Assembly: GCA_030658975.1 (NCBI GenBank)
Contig: JAUSBL010000052.1
Location: 42,954-106,953 of the forward strand
Length of the DNA: 64,000 bases
Source of the DNA: Candidatus Latescibacterota bacterium
Lineage (GTDB): Bacteria > Krumholzibacteriota > Krumholzibacteriia > LZORAL124-64-63
Direction of reading: 5' to 3'
Numbering within the stretch: the stretch's first letter is position 1; each line of letters begins with the position of its first letter. Below are positions 27,542 to 37,118 of the stretch, one piece after another. Under the pieces are notes generated by a model that was not told the DNA's origin, searched no databases, and saw nothing but the letters and a program-made list of their open reading frames with translations. The translations under genes and the position numbers were made by a program.

Positions 27542-28327
27542 TTACCGATACAGCGTCTTGACCGTGCCCCAGGTCATGTCCTCGTTGGCGACGGTGCCCA
27601 GGTCCTGGAACGTGATGTTCGCCCAGTCGACCTGGACGTAGCCGTTCAGGTCGCCCTGCTGCAGGAACTGCAGGAAGTCGCCGCCGACCTGGGCGTTGTC
27701 GAGCATGCCCCAGGTCCCGTAGGGCTCGGCGGGGTTGCCCATGTCGAAGGCCAGCGCGCCGCTGGTGTACGGCGTGCCGCCGATGGTGACCTTGTACTCG
27801 ATCGTCGCCGGGGAGCCCGCGTTGAGGCTGTTGGGCATGTACACGACTTCGGCGTGCACGGTCTCGCCCTTCACGTAGTGCAGGCCCTGCGAGGCGGTGA
27901 AGCTGTAGAAGGGCAGCCGGCCGCCGAAGCAGGCGATCTCGCCGTCGTTGGTGCGGAAGTTGAAGGCTCCGCCCACGGCCTGGGACCACCACGGGGCGAT
28001 GGCCAGCGTGGCCTCGGCCTCGCCGGTGCCGCTGATGGTCAGGTCGCAGCTGTAGCTGAACCCGTCGCCGTTGGCGAAGTTCTGGGCGACGCCGCCGTCG
28101 GCGAAGCGCCAGTTGTGGCGGCTGCCCCAGCCCGCGCCGCACATGACCTTCTGCTCGTGGATGGAGACCAGGGCGCTGTAGTTGTTGGTGCTGGTGACGG
28201 TGCCCAGGGGGCAGTCGTTCCAGATCCGCTCGGTGATTACGGCGCCGTTGGGCACGTTGGTGGCCAGGGCCACCGACGAGATGGCCAGCAGCAGCGCCAG
28301 CAGCATCAGCTTATGAGTCGTCTTCAT
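27542..28327 (-). CDS. Secreted hypothetical protein (beta-rich) with C-terminal TWGxxKxLYR motif
   Basis: Sec signal MKTTHKLMLLALLLAISSVALA, GGAG RBS, host-like codon usage; ends TVANEDMTWGTVKTLYR. Confidence 0.8.
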   Translation of the reverse strand: MKTTHKLMLLALLLAISSVALATNVPNGAVITERIWNDCPLGTVTSTNNYSALVSIHEQKVMCGAGWGSRHNWRFADGGVAQNFANGDGFSYSCDLTISGTGEAEATLAIAPWWSQAVGGAFNFRTNDGEIACFGGRLPFYSFTASQGLHYVKGETVHAEVVYMPNSLNAGSPATIEYKVTIGGTPYTSGALAFDMGNPAEPYGTWGMLDNAQVGGDFLQFLQQGDLNGYVQVDWANITFQDLGTVANEDMTWGTVKTLYR

Positions 28328-28435
28328 GTTGAGTCTCCCTGTGTTGTTGATCGTTCGTTCGCTCGGATCAGGATCCCGTTCCGTTTCTTGCTGACTCGCC
28401 TCCTCTCTTCTCGCTTCCCGTGCGTGTCTTCCCTC

Positions 28436-30058
28436 TCAGCGCACCAGGATGCAGCGTTTCCAGACCTTCTCCCGGTCGGACTCCAGGGAGTAGAAATAGG
28501 CACCGCTGGGCAGGCCCTCGAAGTCGAGGGTGACCTGGTGCCCCCCTTTGTCCTGCGATTCGTCGACGTAATTGCGGACCATCCTGCCGCGGGCGTCGTA
28601 CACGCTGAGCGTGACGCGGCCCGGCTGCGCCAGGCTGTAGGCGACGGTCGTGATGCCGTTGCAGGGGTTCGGCGAGTTCTGGCCGAGTACGAGGCCGGAC
28701 GCGGCCGCGTCCCCGGCCGCCACGGTCGTCGCGGCCGTGAAGCCGGCCAGTTCCAGGCCGCGGCAGACGTCGGGGTTGCCGCCGAAGCGCTCCCAGACCG
28801 ACCCGGTGCGGTAGTTCTCGATCATCATGATGATGGGGCCCTGGTCGATGCCCAGGTAGTCCTGCGCCCACCAGAAGCGCGTCAGGTTGAACGCGTCCTT
28901 GAAGCCGTACTCGCCCCACAGGGCCAGGCGGAAGGAGTCCCAGAACTTGTGCAGCGTGGGGATGACGATCTCCGGCGCGAAGGCGATCGAACCGCCCGCC
29001 GCCGTCGGGGAGATCGTGCCGTTGTCGTTCTGGCCCGGGGGCGCGCCGTGGGCCACGTAGCCGTCGGGATCGATCGACGCCGTCAGCCCCCACACGTCCC
29101 CCGCGTAGCCGACCCAGCCGCGCGGGTTGGCGATGCAGTACTCGCGGGCGGCGAGCGTCGCCCGGCGGGAGTTCTCGTGGTAGGTGATGCCCCGGTTGCG
29201 CATGTAGGCGTCCTGGATGTGACGGAAATCGATCCAGCAGTGGCTGTACTGGTGGCCGAAGAGGGGGGGGAAGATCACGTACGTCTGCCCGTACTGGGTT
29301 CCCCACCAGTAGCCGAGCGTCCAATTATACCACGTCCAGGCGGGCACCGGATGGGTCGGCGAGCCGATGGCCAGGATGTAGAGGATCATGGCCTCGTTGT
29401 AGCCGGTCCAGTCGCCGAAGCCGGAAAAGCCCGTTCCGGGCTTCCAGCCCATGCGGATGCCGTTGCCGCCGTTGCGCATGAAATCCCAGTCCACGCGGTA
29501 GTAGATGGAGTCGGAGAGGGCGCGCAGGTGGGTTTCGCGGTCGCCGGGGCCGTCGAAGTACTCCTTGGCGTCGAGGATGCCGGCGATCAGCAGCGCCGTG
29601 TCGATCGACGACAATTCGCAGTCCCAGGTGCGGACGCCCGTATTCAGGTCCAGGAAGTGGTAGAAGAACCCCTTGTAGCCGTTGACGTTGACCGCTTCGG
29701 GGCCCTGGGGCACGCTCCACAGCTTCTCCAGCCCGCGGATGATGCGCTCGCGCGCCACGTCGCGGGCGACCCAGCCGTGATCGACGGCGATGCAGTAGGC
29801 GGAGTAGCCGAAGCCCTGCGCGGCGATGCTGCAGACCGACCAGTCCTGGCTGCCGTCCTTGATCAGGCCGGAGCCGACGCTGGCCTCCTCCCAGAAGTAG
29901 TCGAACGCGGTGTGCTGCAGGGTGTCCAGCAGAGCCTCGGTGGTCAGGGCCCGGGCGCTGGGGACCGGAGCGAACAGGGCCGCGGCGACCAGCGCGACGA
30001 AGAGCGCAACCGACAGGGACCGCCGACGGCCGGGTTCGCGCTGCTGGGTGGTCGACAT
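28436..30058 (-). CDS. GH144-like ('glucoamylase family', DUF2329) endo-beta-1,2-glucanase with T9SS/FlgD-like C-terminal domain
   Basis: FDYFWE, SIAAQGFG, GFFYHFLD, ELSSIDTALL, GYNEAMILYILA, PLFGHQYSH.WIDFR, WGLTAS, YGFKDAFN, LGIDQGPI. CTD LGQNSPNP...VYDARGR...SGAYFYSL. ATG 30058 with GGAGG. Confidence 0.88.
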   Translation of the reverse strand: MSTTQQREPGRRRSLSVALFVALVAAALFAPVPSARALTTEALLDTLQHTAFDYFWEEASVGSGLIKDGSQDWSVCSIAAQGFGYSAYCIAVDHGWVARDVARERIIRGLEKLWSVPQGPEAVNVNGYKGFFYHFLDLNTGVRTWDCELSSIDTALLIAGILDAKEYFDGPGDRETHLRALSDSIYYRVDWDFMRNGGNGIRMGWKPGTGFSGFGDWTGYNEAMILYILAIGSPTHPVPAWTWYNWTLGYWWGTQYGQTYVIFPPLFGHQYSHCWIDFRHIQDAYMRNRGITYHENSRRATLAAREYCIANPRGWVGYAGDVWGLTASIDPDGYVAHGAPPGQNDNGTISPTAAGGSIAFAPEIVIPTLHKFWDSFRLALWGEYGFKDAFNLTRFWWAQDYLGIDQGPIIMMIENYRTGSVWERFGGNPDVCRGLELAGFTAATTVAAGDAAASGLVLGQNSPNPCNGITTVAYSLAQPGRVTLSVYDARGRMVRNYVDESQDKGGHQVTLDFEGLPSGAYFYSLESDREKVWKRCILVR

Positions 30059-30081
30059 GTCGGTGCCTCCGGTTTGCGGGA

Positions 30082-31083
30082 CTAGAACCTGATCAGGAAC
30101 GAGAGCCGGTGCGTCGCCTCGAGGTAGTCGTGGCTCGCCCACGCGTAGTCGAACTGGTAGCGGTTCGCGCCGAGATCGCCGCCGACGCCGAAACCGCCGG
30201 TCAGGCCCTGCTCCGAATCCTCCTGGAACAGCGTCTGGTAGCCGAGGCGCAGCGCGAACAGCTCGCGCCAGGCCCACTCGGCGCCCAGGTTCACGCTTTC
30301 GGTGTTGTCGTTCGGGTGCAGGGCGTCGCAGACGAACAGCAGCTGGTTGTCGTCGTCGAGGCAGTACGGGACGCTGACTCCCAGGCGGAACTGGATCGGC
30401 ACCGGGAAGCGGTCGGTGGACTGCTCGCCGGGCAGGGCGCTGTTGTCGCCGTGGATGTCGGGGTCCTCGTCGTACTGGATGGCGAGGTCGCGGCCCGAGT
30501 AGCGGCCCTGCGTGCCGATGTTCGTCAGGCAGAAGCCCAGGCTGATCCCGTCGTCGGTCAGCCGGTAGTGCGTGCCCGCGTTGAAGGTCAGCACGTTGGT
30601 CGACGTGTGCCAGACGCGCTCGTTCACGTAGTTCAGCTGGATGCCGGCGGTGAACCGGCTGGTGACGCGGCGGCCGTAGCCCAGGCCGAGCGCGGCGTTG
30701 CCGACGTTGAACTTCTCGCCCGTGCCGAGGGGCTCGTCGACGGTGCGCACGTCGATGTCGCCGGACTTCAGCGAGGTGATGCTGGCGAACAGGTTGCCGC
30801 CGCCGACCGGCAGCAGCGCCGCCGCGTAGTCGTAGCTGATGTCCGCGAACCAGAAGCTGTGCGTGAACTGGATCTCGGCCGACTCCGGCAGGCCGATGGC
30901 GCCGGTGTTGAAGTAGACCGCTTCGACGCCGCCGGCCAGGCCGACGCCGGCGTTGCCCATGCCGGCGTGGCGGGCCCCGGGCTCGATGCGCAGGAACTGG
31001 CCGATGGTCGTGCCGACCTTCGACTGGGCCATGGCCTGGCCGCTCAGGAGCACCGTCAGCAGTACAAGCGCCGCTCGCTTCAT
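30082..31083 (-). CDS. PorV/PorQ-family (UPF0164, FadL-like) outer-membrane beta-barrel
   Basis: Signal peptide, then KVGTTIGQFLRIEPGARHAGMGNA...AVYFN; C-terminal FDYAW...HRLSFLIRF. ATG 31083 with AGGAG (alternative 31101). Confidence 0.88.
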   Translation of the reverse strand: MKRAALVLLTVLLSGQAMAQSKVGTTIGQFLRIEPGARHAGMGNAGVGLAGGVEAVYFNTGAIGLPESAEIQFTHSFWFADISYDYAAALLPVGGGNLFASITSLKSGDIDVRTVDEPLGTGEKFNVGNAALGLGYGRRVTSRFTAGIQLNYVNERVWHTSTNVLTFNAGTHYRLTDDGISLGFCLTNIGTQGRYSGRDLAIQYDEDPDIHGDNSALPGEQSTDRFPVPIQFRLGVSVPYCLDDDNQLLFVCDALHPNDNTESVNLGAEWAWRELFALRLGYQTLFQEDSEQGLTGGFGVGGDLGANRYQFDYAWASHDYLEATHRLSFLIRF

Positions 31084-31097
31084 GTCTCTCCTCGCGC

Positions 31098-34000
31098 TCA
31101 TTTGATGACCGCGAATTTGCCCGTGTATTCCTGCGCGTCGTCGGTGCGGACGTGGTAGATGTACAGGCCCGGCGCGACGTCGAGGTTGTCCTTGGTCCGC
31201 AGGTTCCACGCCACGTAGCCGTCCAGAGAATCCTCGTTGCGCAGCGTGTCGACCAGCTCGCCGCGGACGTTGTAGATCCGGATCGTGCAGCTGGACGTCA
31301 GGCCGCGGAACTCGAGGCGGCGCTCGCCGCGGCCCGAGACCGCGTAGCGCTCCGGCTCGAAGCTCGCCGAGCCGATGTAGGGGTTCGGCACGACGTACGG
31401 CGCGAAGCCGACGCGCGCGGCCGCCTCGTCGATGCGCGAGCCCGTCGTCGTGAAGACGAAGACGTCGTCGGCCGCGAAGGGGCGGTTCAGGCGCAGCGTG
31501 TATTCGTCGCCGGCGCCCGGGGGGGACGCGGGGGCCGGCGTGTCGGCCGCGTTCAGCTGGAAGCGCCAGGTCACGACCGGCGTGGTCGGCTGTTCGGGCA
31601 GGTACGTCACCACGTCGATGATGTCGTTGACGTGGCTCAGGGTGCCGTCGCCGTCGATGTCGCGGAAGCGGAAGTCGAGCGGGATCTCGCCGTCGCGCGC
31701 CAGCGCCGCGACCGTGAACTTCGCGGGGCGCGCCGGCCAGAACGGCATGGCGATGGAGTTGCCCTCGGCCACGTCGCTGAAGCGGATCACGATGTCGTCC
31801 GGGAAGCCCGGCCGCAGGCGGTTGATCGGCAGCACGATCTGGTAGAGGACGGCCAGTTCGGCGTCGGTGTCGCCCGTCGCGGAGAATCCCGAAGCGGCCT
31901 CGTCCACGCTGACGGCCCGGGCCGAACTGATCAGGGGCATCATGCCGGCGCCGACCTGGCCGACGCCCAGGGCGTCGAAGTCCGAGCCGCTGGTGAACAG
32001 GATCTCGCCGGTGGTGCTGTCGACCAGGGCGTAGGACGTGGCGCGCAGGCTGTCCGCCGACGGGGTCGCGAAGCGGATCTTGAACAGGTGCCCGTCGGGG
32101 ACGATGTCCGAGTTCAGGATCGCGACGGAGATGGAGCCGAAGCCGCGCCCGGCCACCTGAGTGGCCGTGTCCGCTGTCGCGGGCACGTACCCCAGTGCGC
32201 GTGGATTGGGCCGCACGTCCACCACGTTGGGCGGCAACACGAGCCCTCCCCGCGGGGTCCGCGAGGGAGCGATGGCGTTCTCGGAAGGGTAGAATTCGAA
32301 CGCCTCGGAACCGTAGTCGTAGGCCGTGACCGCGTAATAGTAGCGCTGCCCGTTGGTCACGCTGTAGTCGGTCCAGGTGTGGGTGAGGCCGCTGTCGGTG
32401 CCGAGGTAGTAGGCCACGCCGTCCACGATCTGGGTCGAGAAGCCGCTGCGGCCGTTGTCGAGGTCGAACTGGGCGATGGGCCGGCCGTTGCCGAGGGGAC
32501 CGCTGCCGGTGCCCGTGGTGATCACCTGGGGATCGACGAAGTCCGGATCGGTGGAGCGGTAGATGCGGTAGCCCTCGAAGTCGAACTCGCCCGTCACGGG
32601 GTCGGCGCTGTTTTCGGCGACGTCGTTCCAGGCCAGGCGCACGAAGCCGTCGCCGGCCTCCGCCGTCAGGGTCGGCAGCGGCGGCGGCACGGCGAAGCGG
32701 TAGTTGGCGTCGTAGATGCGCTGCACGGTGCGGACGCCGCGGCGCAGCTCCTCCAGGTCGGCGCCGTAGGCCAGGGCCAGGCTGAAGCGCTCGGTCTGGC
32801 CGGCGCGCAGCTTGAAGGGACCCGACGCGAAGAAGAAGCCGATGTTGTAGTTGGAGGCCAGCGGCTCGCCGAAGCGCACCTCCGGGTCGGGATCGGTGAA
32901 CTGCTCGTACAGGCGCCGCGGCCAGTCGTCGCTGTTGGTGAAGAAGACGATGCCGTCGGTCGTCTGGTCGGGGTTGCCCTGCCCGGCGCGGATGCGGTTG
33001 ATCCGGAAACCGGTCAGGCCGATCTGGTCGGACTCGTTGAGGTCGGTGCCGTCGAAGTTGGGCTCGCCCTCGGTCGGGATGCCGTCGCGCTCGCCCTCGT
33101 CGCCGGTGTCGTCGAGGCCGTCGGCGCCGATGTCGTGGTTGGCGGCGACCCAGTCCAGGTCCTCGTCGCCGGTCCACCACAGGCCCTCGACGTAGGCGGG
33201 CATCTCCGCGAGCGGACCGTAGGTGATCTCGAAGCGGGCCAGGTCGTAGTTCGCCGCGACGTGGGCGGCGATGGCGTCCTGGCCGACGATCAGCGCGCCG
33301 GGGCCGCCGTCGCGCCGCTCGTCGACGAAGCCGTCCTCGTCGTTGTCGATGAGGTCCAGGGCGTTGCCCGGCGTCTCCATGAAGGCGTAGCCCAGGTAGC
33401 CGGTGCGGGCGCAGGCGCTGCTGAGGTCGCGGCCGTGGCCGTAGCGGTCCCAGGTGTAGACCAGGTTCAGGATCTGGTCGTCGAAGGTGCGGTCGAAGTA
33501 GGCGTTGTCGTCGTCGGACTCGTAGATGCCGTCGCAGGACAGGGCCGAGCCGCCCACGCCGGAGTCCATGTAGAGGCCGAACACGACGTTGTCGTCGTAG
33601 TCGGTGGTGCCCTCGTTCGTGATGTCGTAGTGCCAGAAGATCACGTTGCGGGCCTGCGGGTTGGCCCACTGGAAGCCGCGGACCTCGAGGCGCAGGCCCA
33701 GGCCGTTGCGCGTGGAGTCGCGGGAGTCGGGGAAGAAGTACCAGGCGTCGTAGTAGTCGTCGTCCAGGACCACGTAGCTCTCCTGGTCGGCGACGATCTG
33801 CTTGCCGAAGTAGCCGTTCCAGGCGCCGGGCCAGCCCGGGTCGGCGGGGTCGTCGAGCCGGTCGGGCCAGGAGGGGGGCCAGGTCCGCGGGTCGTTGCTG
33901 ATGGCCGGCGAGAGCCCGGAGTTGAGCGCGGGGTCCGCCTGCAGGTAGCCCGGGCGCGGTTCGAAACGCATCATGCGGTTGGTGTAGGGGCTGATGCCCT

Positions 34001-34388
34001 GCCGCTCGCGGAAGCCGGTCTCCATGATGTACGACTCGACGCCGTTGCCCTGCACGATCTTCGTCAGCACGAACGGCGTGATGCCGTCGCTGTAGTTCAT
34101 GCCGCTGCCCTTGGGCACCTCGACCGAGTGGAAGACGCTCAGGTCCACGTTGGACGGGTTCGGGGGGTAGTCGCCCACCATGCCGTAGTTCCAGAAGATG
34201 GTGCGGATGTTGTTGGCGTCGTGCTGGCCCGAGCGCTCCAGCGTGTGCCGGCCCCGCTGCTCGGGCGGCACGGGCGTGGGCACGTCGGCGGACGCCGTCA
34301 GGGCGAGCGCCACGGTCATCAGCGCTGTCAGGGCAGCCAGGGCCGCGTTCTCTGGTCTGTACATCCTGCGGGGCCTCCGTTCGCGCAT
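31098..34388 (-). CDS. Large secreted protein (~1096 aa) with Ca-binding-like acidic loops, an FN3-like domain and a T9SS-type CTD
   Basis: C-terminal part of track ORF 31098..36062; ATG 34388 coupled to the TBDR stop. Signal peptide; DNDEDGFVDE and DGLDDTGDEGERDG loops; FN3-like DFEGYRIYRS...YYYAVTAYD; CTD PYVVPNPY...IRIYNVRGELV...WNLRT...PGLYIYHV...GKFAVIK. Confidence 0.85.
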   Translation of the reverse strand: MRERRPRRMYRPENAALAALTALMTVALALTASADVPTPVPPEQRGRHTLERSGQHDANNIRTIFWNYGMVGDYPPNPSNVDLSVFHSVEVPKGSGMNYSDGITPFVLTKIVQGNGVESYIMETGFRERQGISPYTNRMMRFEPRPGYLQADPALNSGLSPAISNDPRTWPPSWPDRLDDPADPGWPGAWNGYFGKQIVADQESYVVLDDDYYDAWYFFPDSRDSTRNGLGLRLEVRGFQWANPQARNVIFWHYDITNEGTTDYDDNVVFGLYMDSGVGGSALSCDGIYESDDDNAYFDRTFDDQILNLVYTWDRYGHGRDLSSACARTGYLGYAFMETPGNALDLIDNDEDGFVDERRDGGPGALIVGQDAIAAHVAANYDLARFEITYGPLAEMPAYVEGLWWTGDEDLDWVAANHDIGADGLDDTGDEGERDGIPTEGEPNFDGTDLNESDQIGLTGFRINRIRAGQGNPDQTTDGIVFFTNSDDWPRRLYEQFTDPDPEVRFGEPLASNYNIGFFFASGPFKLRAGQTERFSLALAYGADLEELRRGVRTVQRIYDANYRFAVPPPLPTLTAEAGDGFVRLAWNDVAENSADPVTGEFDFEGYRIYRSTDPDFVDPQVITTGTGSGPLGNGRPIAQFDLDNGRSGFSTQIVDGVAYYLGTDSGLTHTWTDYSVTNGQRYYYAVTAYDYGSEAFEFYPSENAIAPSRTPRGGLVLPPNVVDVRPNPRALGYVPATADTATQVAGRGFGSISVAILNSDIVPDGHLFKIRFATPSADSLRATSYALVDSTTGEILFTSGSDFDALGVGQVGAGMMPLISSARAVSVDEAASGFSATGDTDAELAVLYQIVLPINRLRPGFPDDIVIRFSDVAEGNSIAMPFWPARPAKFTVAALARDGEIPLDFRFRDIDGDGTLSHVNDIIDVVTYLPEQPTTPVVTWRFQLNAADTPAPASPPGAGDEYTLRLNRPFAADDVFVFTTTGSRIDEAAARVGFAPYVVPNPYIGSASFEPERYAVSGRGERRLEFRGLTSSCTIRIYNVRGELVDTLRNEDSLDGYVAWNLRTKDNLDVAPGLYIYHVRTDDAQEYTGKFAVIK

Positions 34389-37054
34389 CACAGCAGACCT
34401 CCGGTGATCCTGACGCCGATCTCGATGCGCCGCGGCGGGTAGAACCGCGTCGGATCCGCGAGGATGGCGCGGTCCAGGTCGGAGAAACGCGAGTAGTAGG
34501 GGCTGCCGGTGTCGGCGAAGATCGAACCGTTGAAGTACCGGCTGTCGAACGCGTTGAAGACGCGCAGGAAGGCGCTGGCCCCGGCGCCGAGGCGCCTCTC
34601 CGCGCGCAGGTCCACGAGCATGCCGGCCGGCTTGGTGGCGGAATTGGTGTCCAGGCCGCTGCCGTGTCCGCGCTCGATGACCGGCGTGTAGGGCTGGCCG
34701 CTGACCAGGCGCACGACGGCGCTCACGTCGAGATCCTCGGCCGCGGCCACCGCGGCCGTCAGGTTCAGCGTGTGGCGCTGGTCCCAGTTGAAGGGCACCA
34801 GCCGGGGGTTGGCGTCCTCGCCGTTGGTCGCCCGCGTGAAGGTCTCGTAGGGGTCGCTGGAGTTGCCCATCGCCCGCTGCCAGGTGTAGTCGAGCGAGAC
34901 GCTGGCCGGACCGAGGCGGCGGTGGTCGAGGCTGACGGTCACGCCGAAGACGTTGCCGAAGTCGACGTTGGTCAGCCGGGCGTAGGGCACGCCCATGTAG
35001 GTGTCGACGAACTCCACGCCCAGCAGGTCGCGGACGTCCTTGTAGAAGGTCGTCACCGTGAAGCCGAAGTCCTGGTTGACCGCGTGCTTGTAGCCGATCT
35101 CGTACTGGACGGTCGTTTCGGGCCGCACGTCGGGGTTGCCCAGCACGCCGATGCGCGACTCGTCGCCAGCCTGCAGGTTGGCCACGACGTCGTAGTTCGC
35201 GTTGTTGAACATGGTGCCGATGGCCGGGAACTGCCGGAAGTGGCCGTACGCGAAGTGGATGGCCGCGTAGTCCTCGATGGGGTAGGCGACGCCGATGCGC
35301 GGGGAGACGGACATCTTGACGGTCGTGTCCTGCGGGTGCGAGAGCGGGGCCCCCTCGATCGCGTTCGCCGGGTTGGCGAGGTCGCTGGGGATGGTCGAGT
35401 TCGCGTCGAAGTACTCCAGGCGCAGACCCACGCGCACCTTGATGTCGGGGTACTCGGCCTGGTCCTGCAGGAAGATGGCCCCCATGCGCGGGTGGTAGGT
35501 CTGCACGGGCAGGAAGGTCGGCGGCCGGTTGAGGTAGCGGGTCAGCTGCTCGACGACCTCGCCGTCGACGCTCTCGCTGGTGAAGACCAGGTGGCCGGGC
35601 GTGCCGTACTGGACCTTCGGCGCGCTGACCTCGAAGCCCGTCTTGAGCTGGTGCTCCTGCGAGACCTGGCTGACCAGCGCGCTCTTGATCACCCAGTCGT
35701 CGGTCTTCTGGTAGAAGCGCGTGAAGTCGTAGCCCTCCACCACGGCGCCGTACTCGTAGTTGACGGTGCCCTCGGCGCCGCCGCCCGCGTCGTAGCGCGG
35801 GTCGTAGACGTCGGCGAAGGCGAAGTCCTCGTACTCGACGAAGTTCTCGCGGATGCTCAGGTCGAGGTACGTGGCGTCGCCGAAGGTGCGGGTCAGATCC
35901 AGGCCGTGGGTGATGGAGAAGCGGTCCTGCTTCGAGAGCCCGTCGGGATTGAAGCGGTAGGCCCAGCTGGTGCGGCGGCTCTCGTTCCAGCCGACCAGGG
36001 CCTGGTAGTTGAGCTTCAGGCCCGCGAAGGCGGTGTTGGTCAGCTTGACGACGCCGCTCCACTCCCGGTTGTAGCCCAGCGGGACCGACTCGTTGTCGCC
36101 GGAGGGGTTGAACTCCATCCGCGCGAAGTCGTTGTCGTCGGTGGGCAGGAAGCGCCGCGTGGCGTAGATGTAGTCGTTGAAGATCGAGCGGCGGGCGCTG
36201 GCCAGGAACACCGTGTCGCGCAGCGGTGTCGGCCCGCTGGCCGACGCCTGGAAGTTCAGGATGCCCGTGGGATGGATCGTCTCGTCGGCGCGGCGGTCGG
36301 CGCCGCGGCCGGGGAAGACGAAGCCGCCGGTGGAGGCCTCGCCGCTCCAGGCGAACTCCGAGGTCCCCTGCTTCAGCACGGCGTTCACGACGCCGCTCAT
36401 GGCCTGGCCGTACTCGGCGTCGAAAGTGCCGCTGATGACCTGCACTTCCTGCAGGAGCGAGCGGTCGACCGAGACGATGGACTTGTTGTCGAAGGCGTTG
36501 TTCACGCTGACGCCGTCGACCTGGTACTGGACCTCGCCCGTGCGCCCGCCGCGGAAGTGCCCGTCGACGACGCCCGCCTGCAGGTTCACGACGTCGTTCA
36601 GCTCCTGCACCGGCAGGGCCTCGATGTCCTCGCTGGTCAGCGTGGTCTGGGAGCTCGTCATGGCGAGCTCCACCGGCGGCCGCTCGGCGGTGATCACGAC
36701 TTCGGCCGCGCGGAGCGTCGTCTCGCCGAGCTTGACGTCCTGGCGGGTCGTGTTGTCCGAGGACACGGTCACGTTGCGGATCGTCAGCGGGTCGAAGCCG
36801 AGGCGCGTGATCTTCAGGTCGTAGGCGCCCGGCGCCACGTTGAGGATGCTGTACTGCCCCTCGGCGTCCGTGTAGGCGCCGAGGCGCGTGCCGACCACCA
36901 CGACGGTGGCGGCCGCCACGGGCTTGCCGTCGGCGTCGAGGATGCGGCCGGCGATGCGGCCGGTGGTGCCGCCCCGCACCTGCGTGGCCGCGGCGAGCAG
37001 CAGCAGGATCGCGAGCGTCAGAAGGATCGGTTTCGCCCCGGCGGTACGGCTCAC
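34388..37054 (-). CDS. TonB-dependent receptor with N-terminal carboxypeptidase-regulatory-like domain
   Basis: GTTGRIAGRILD...GQYSILNV.PG.Y; plug HFRGGRTGEVQYQVDGV...ISGTFDAEYGQAMSGVVN; GNPDVRPETTVQYEIG; terminal PRRIEIGVRI. Confidence 0.93.
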   Translation of the reverse strand: MSRTAGAKPILLTLAILLLLAAATQVRGGTTGRIAGRILDADGKPVAAATVVVVGTRLGAYTDAEGQYSILNVAPGAYDLKITRLGFDPLTIRNVTVSSDNTTRQDVKLGETTLRAAEVVITAERPPVELAMTSSQTTLTSEDIEALPVQELNDVVNLQAGVVDGHFRGGRTGEVQYQVDGVSVNNAFDNKSIVSVDRSLLQEVQVISGTFDAEYGQAMSGVVNAVLKQGTSEFAWSGEASTGGFVFPGRGADRRADETIHPTGILNFQASASGPTPLRDTVFLASARRSIFNDYIYATRRFLPTDDNDFARMEFNPSGDNESVPLGYNREWSGVVKLTNTAFAGLKLNYQALVGWNESRRTSWAYRFNPDGLSKQDRFSITHGLDLTRTFGDATYLDLSIRENFVEYEDFAFADVYDPRYDAGGGAEGTVNYEYGAVVEGYDFTRFYQKTDDWVIKSALVSQVSQEHQLKTGFEVSAPKVQYGTPGHLVFTSESVDGEVVEQLTRYLNRPPTFLPVQTYHPRMGAIFLQDQAEYPDIKVRVGLRLEYFDANSTIPSDLANPANAIEGAPLSHPQDTTVKMSVSPRIGVAYPIEDYAAIHFAYGHFRQFPAIGTMFNNANYDVVANLQAGDESRIGVLGNPDVRPETTVQYEIGYKHAVNQDFGFTVTTFYKDVRDLLGVEFVDTYMGVPYARLTNVDFGNVFGVTVSLDHRRLGPASVSLDYTWQRAMGNSSDPYETFTRATNGEDANPRLVPFNWDQRHTLNLTAAVAAAEDLDVSAVVRLVSGQPYTPVIERGHGSGLDTNSATKPAGMLVDLRAERRLGAGASAFLRVFNAFDSRYFNGSIFADTGSPYYSRFSDLDRAILADPTRFYPPRRIEIGVRITGGLL

Positions 37055-37118
37055 GTCAGGTCATCCTCCGTGGTTGCGCGGCGGCGGCGCCGATGTCGGT
37101 CGGCGCCGCCGCTCGGGG

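Noticed and set aside
28436..30058. Starch glucoamylase annotation for the two 'glucoamylase family' genes
   Set aside because: The motifs are those of DUF2329/GH144, and the context (GH94, GH1) points to beta-glucan rather than GH15 activity.
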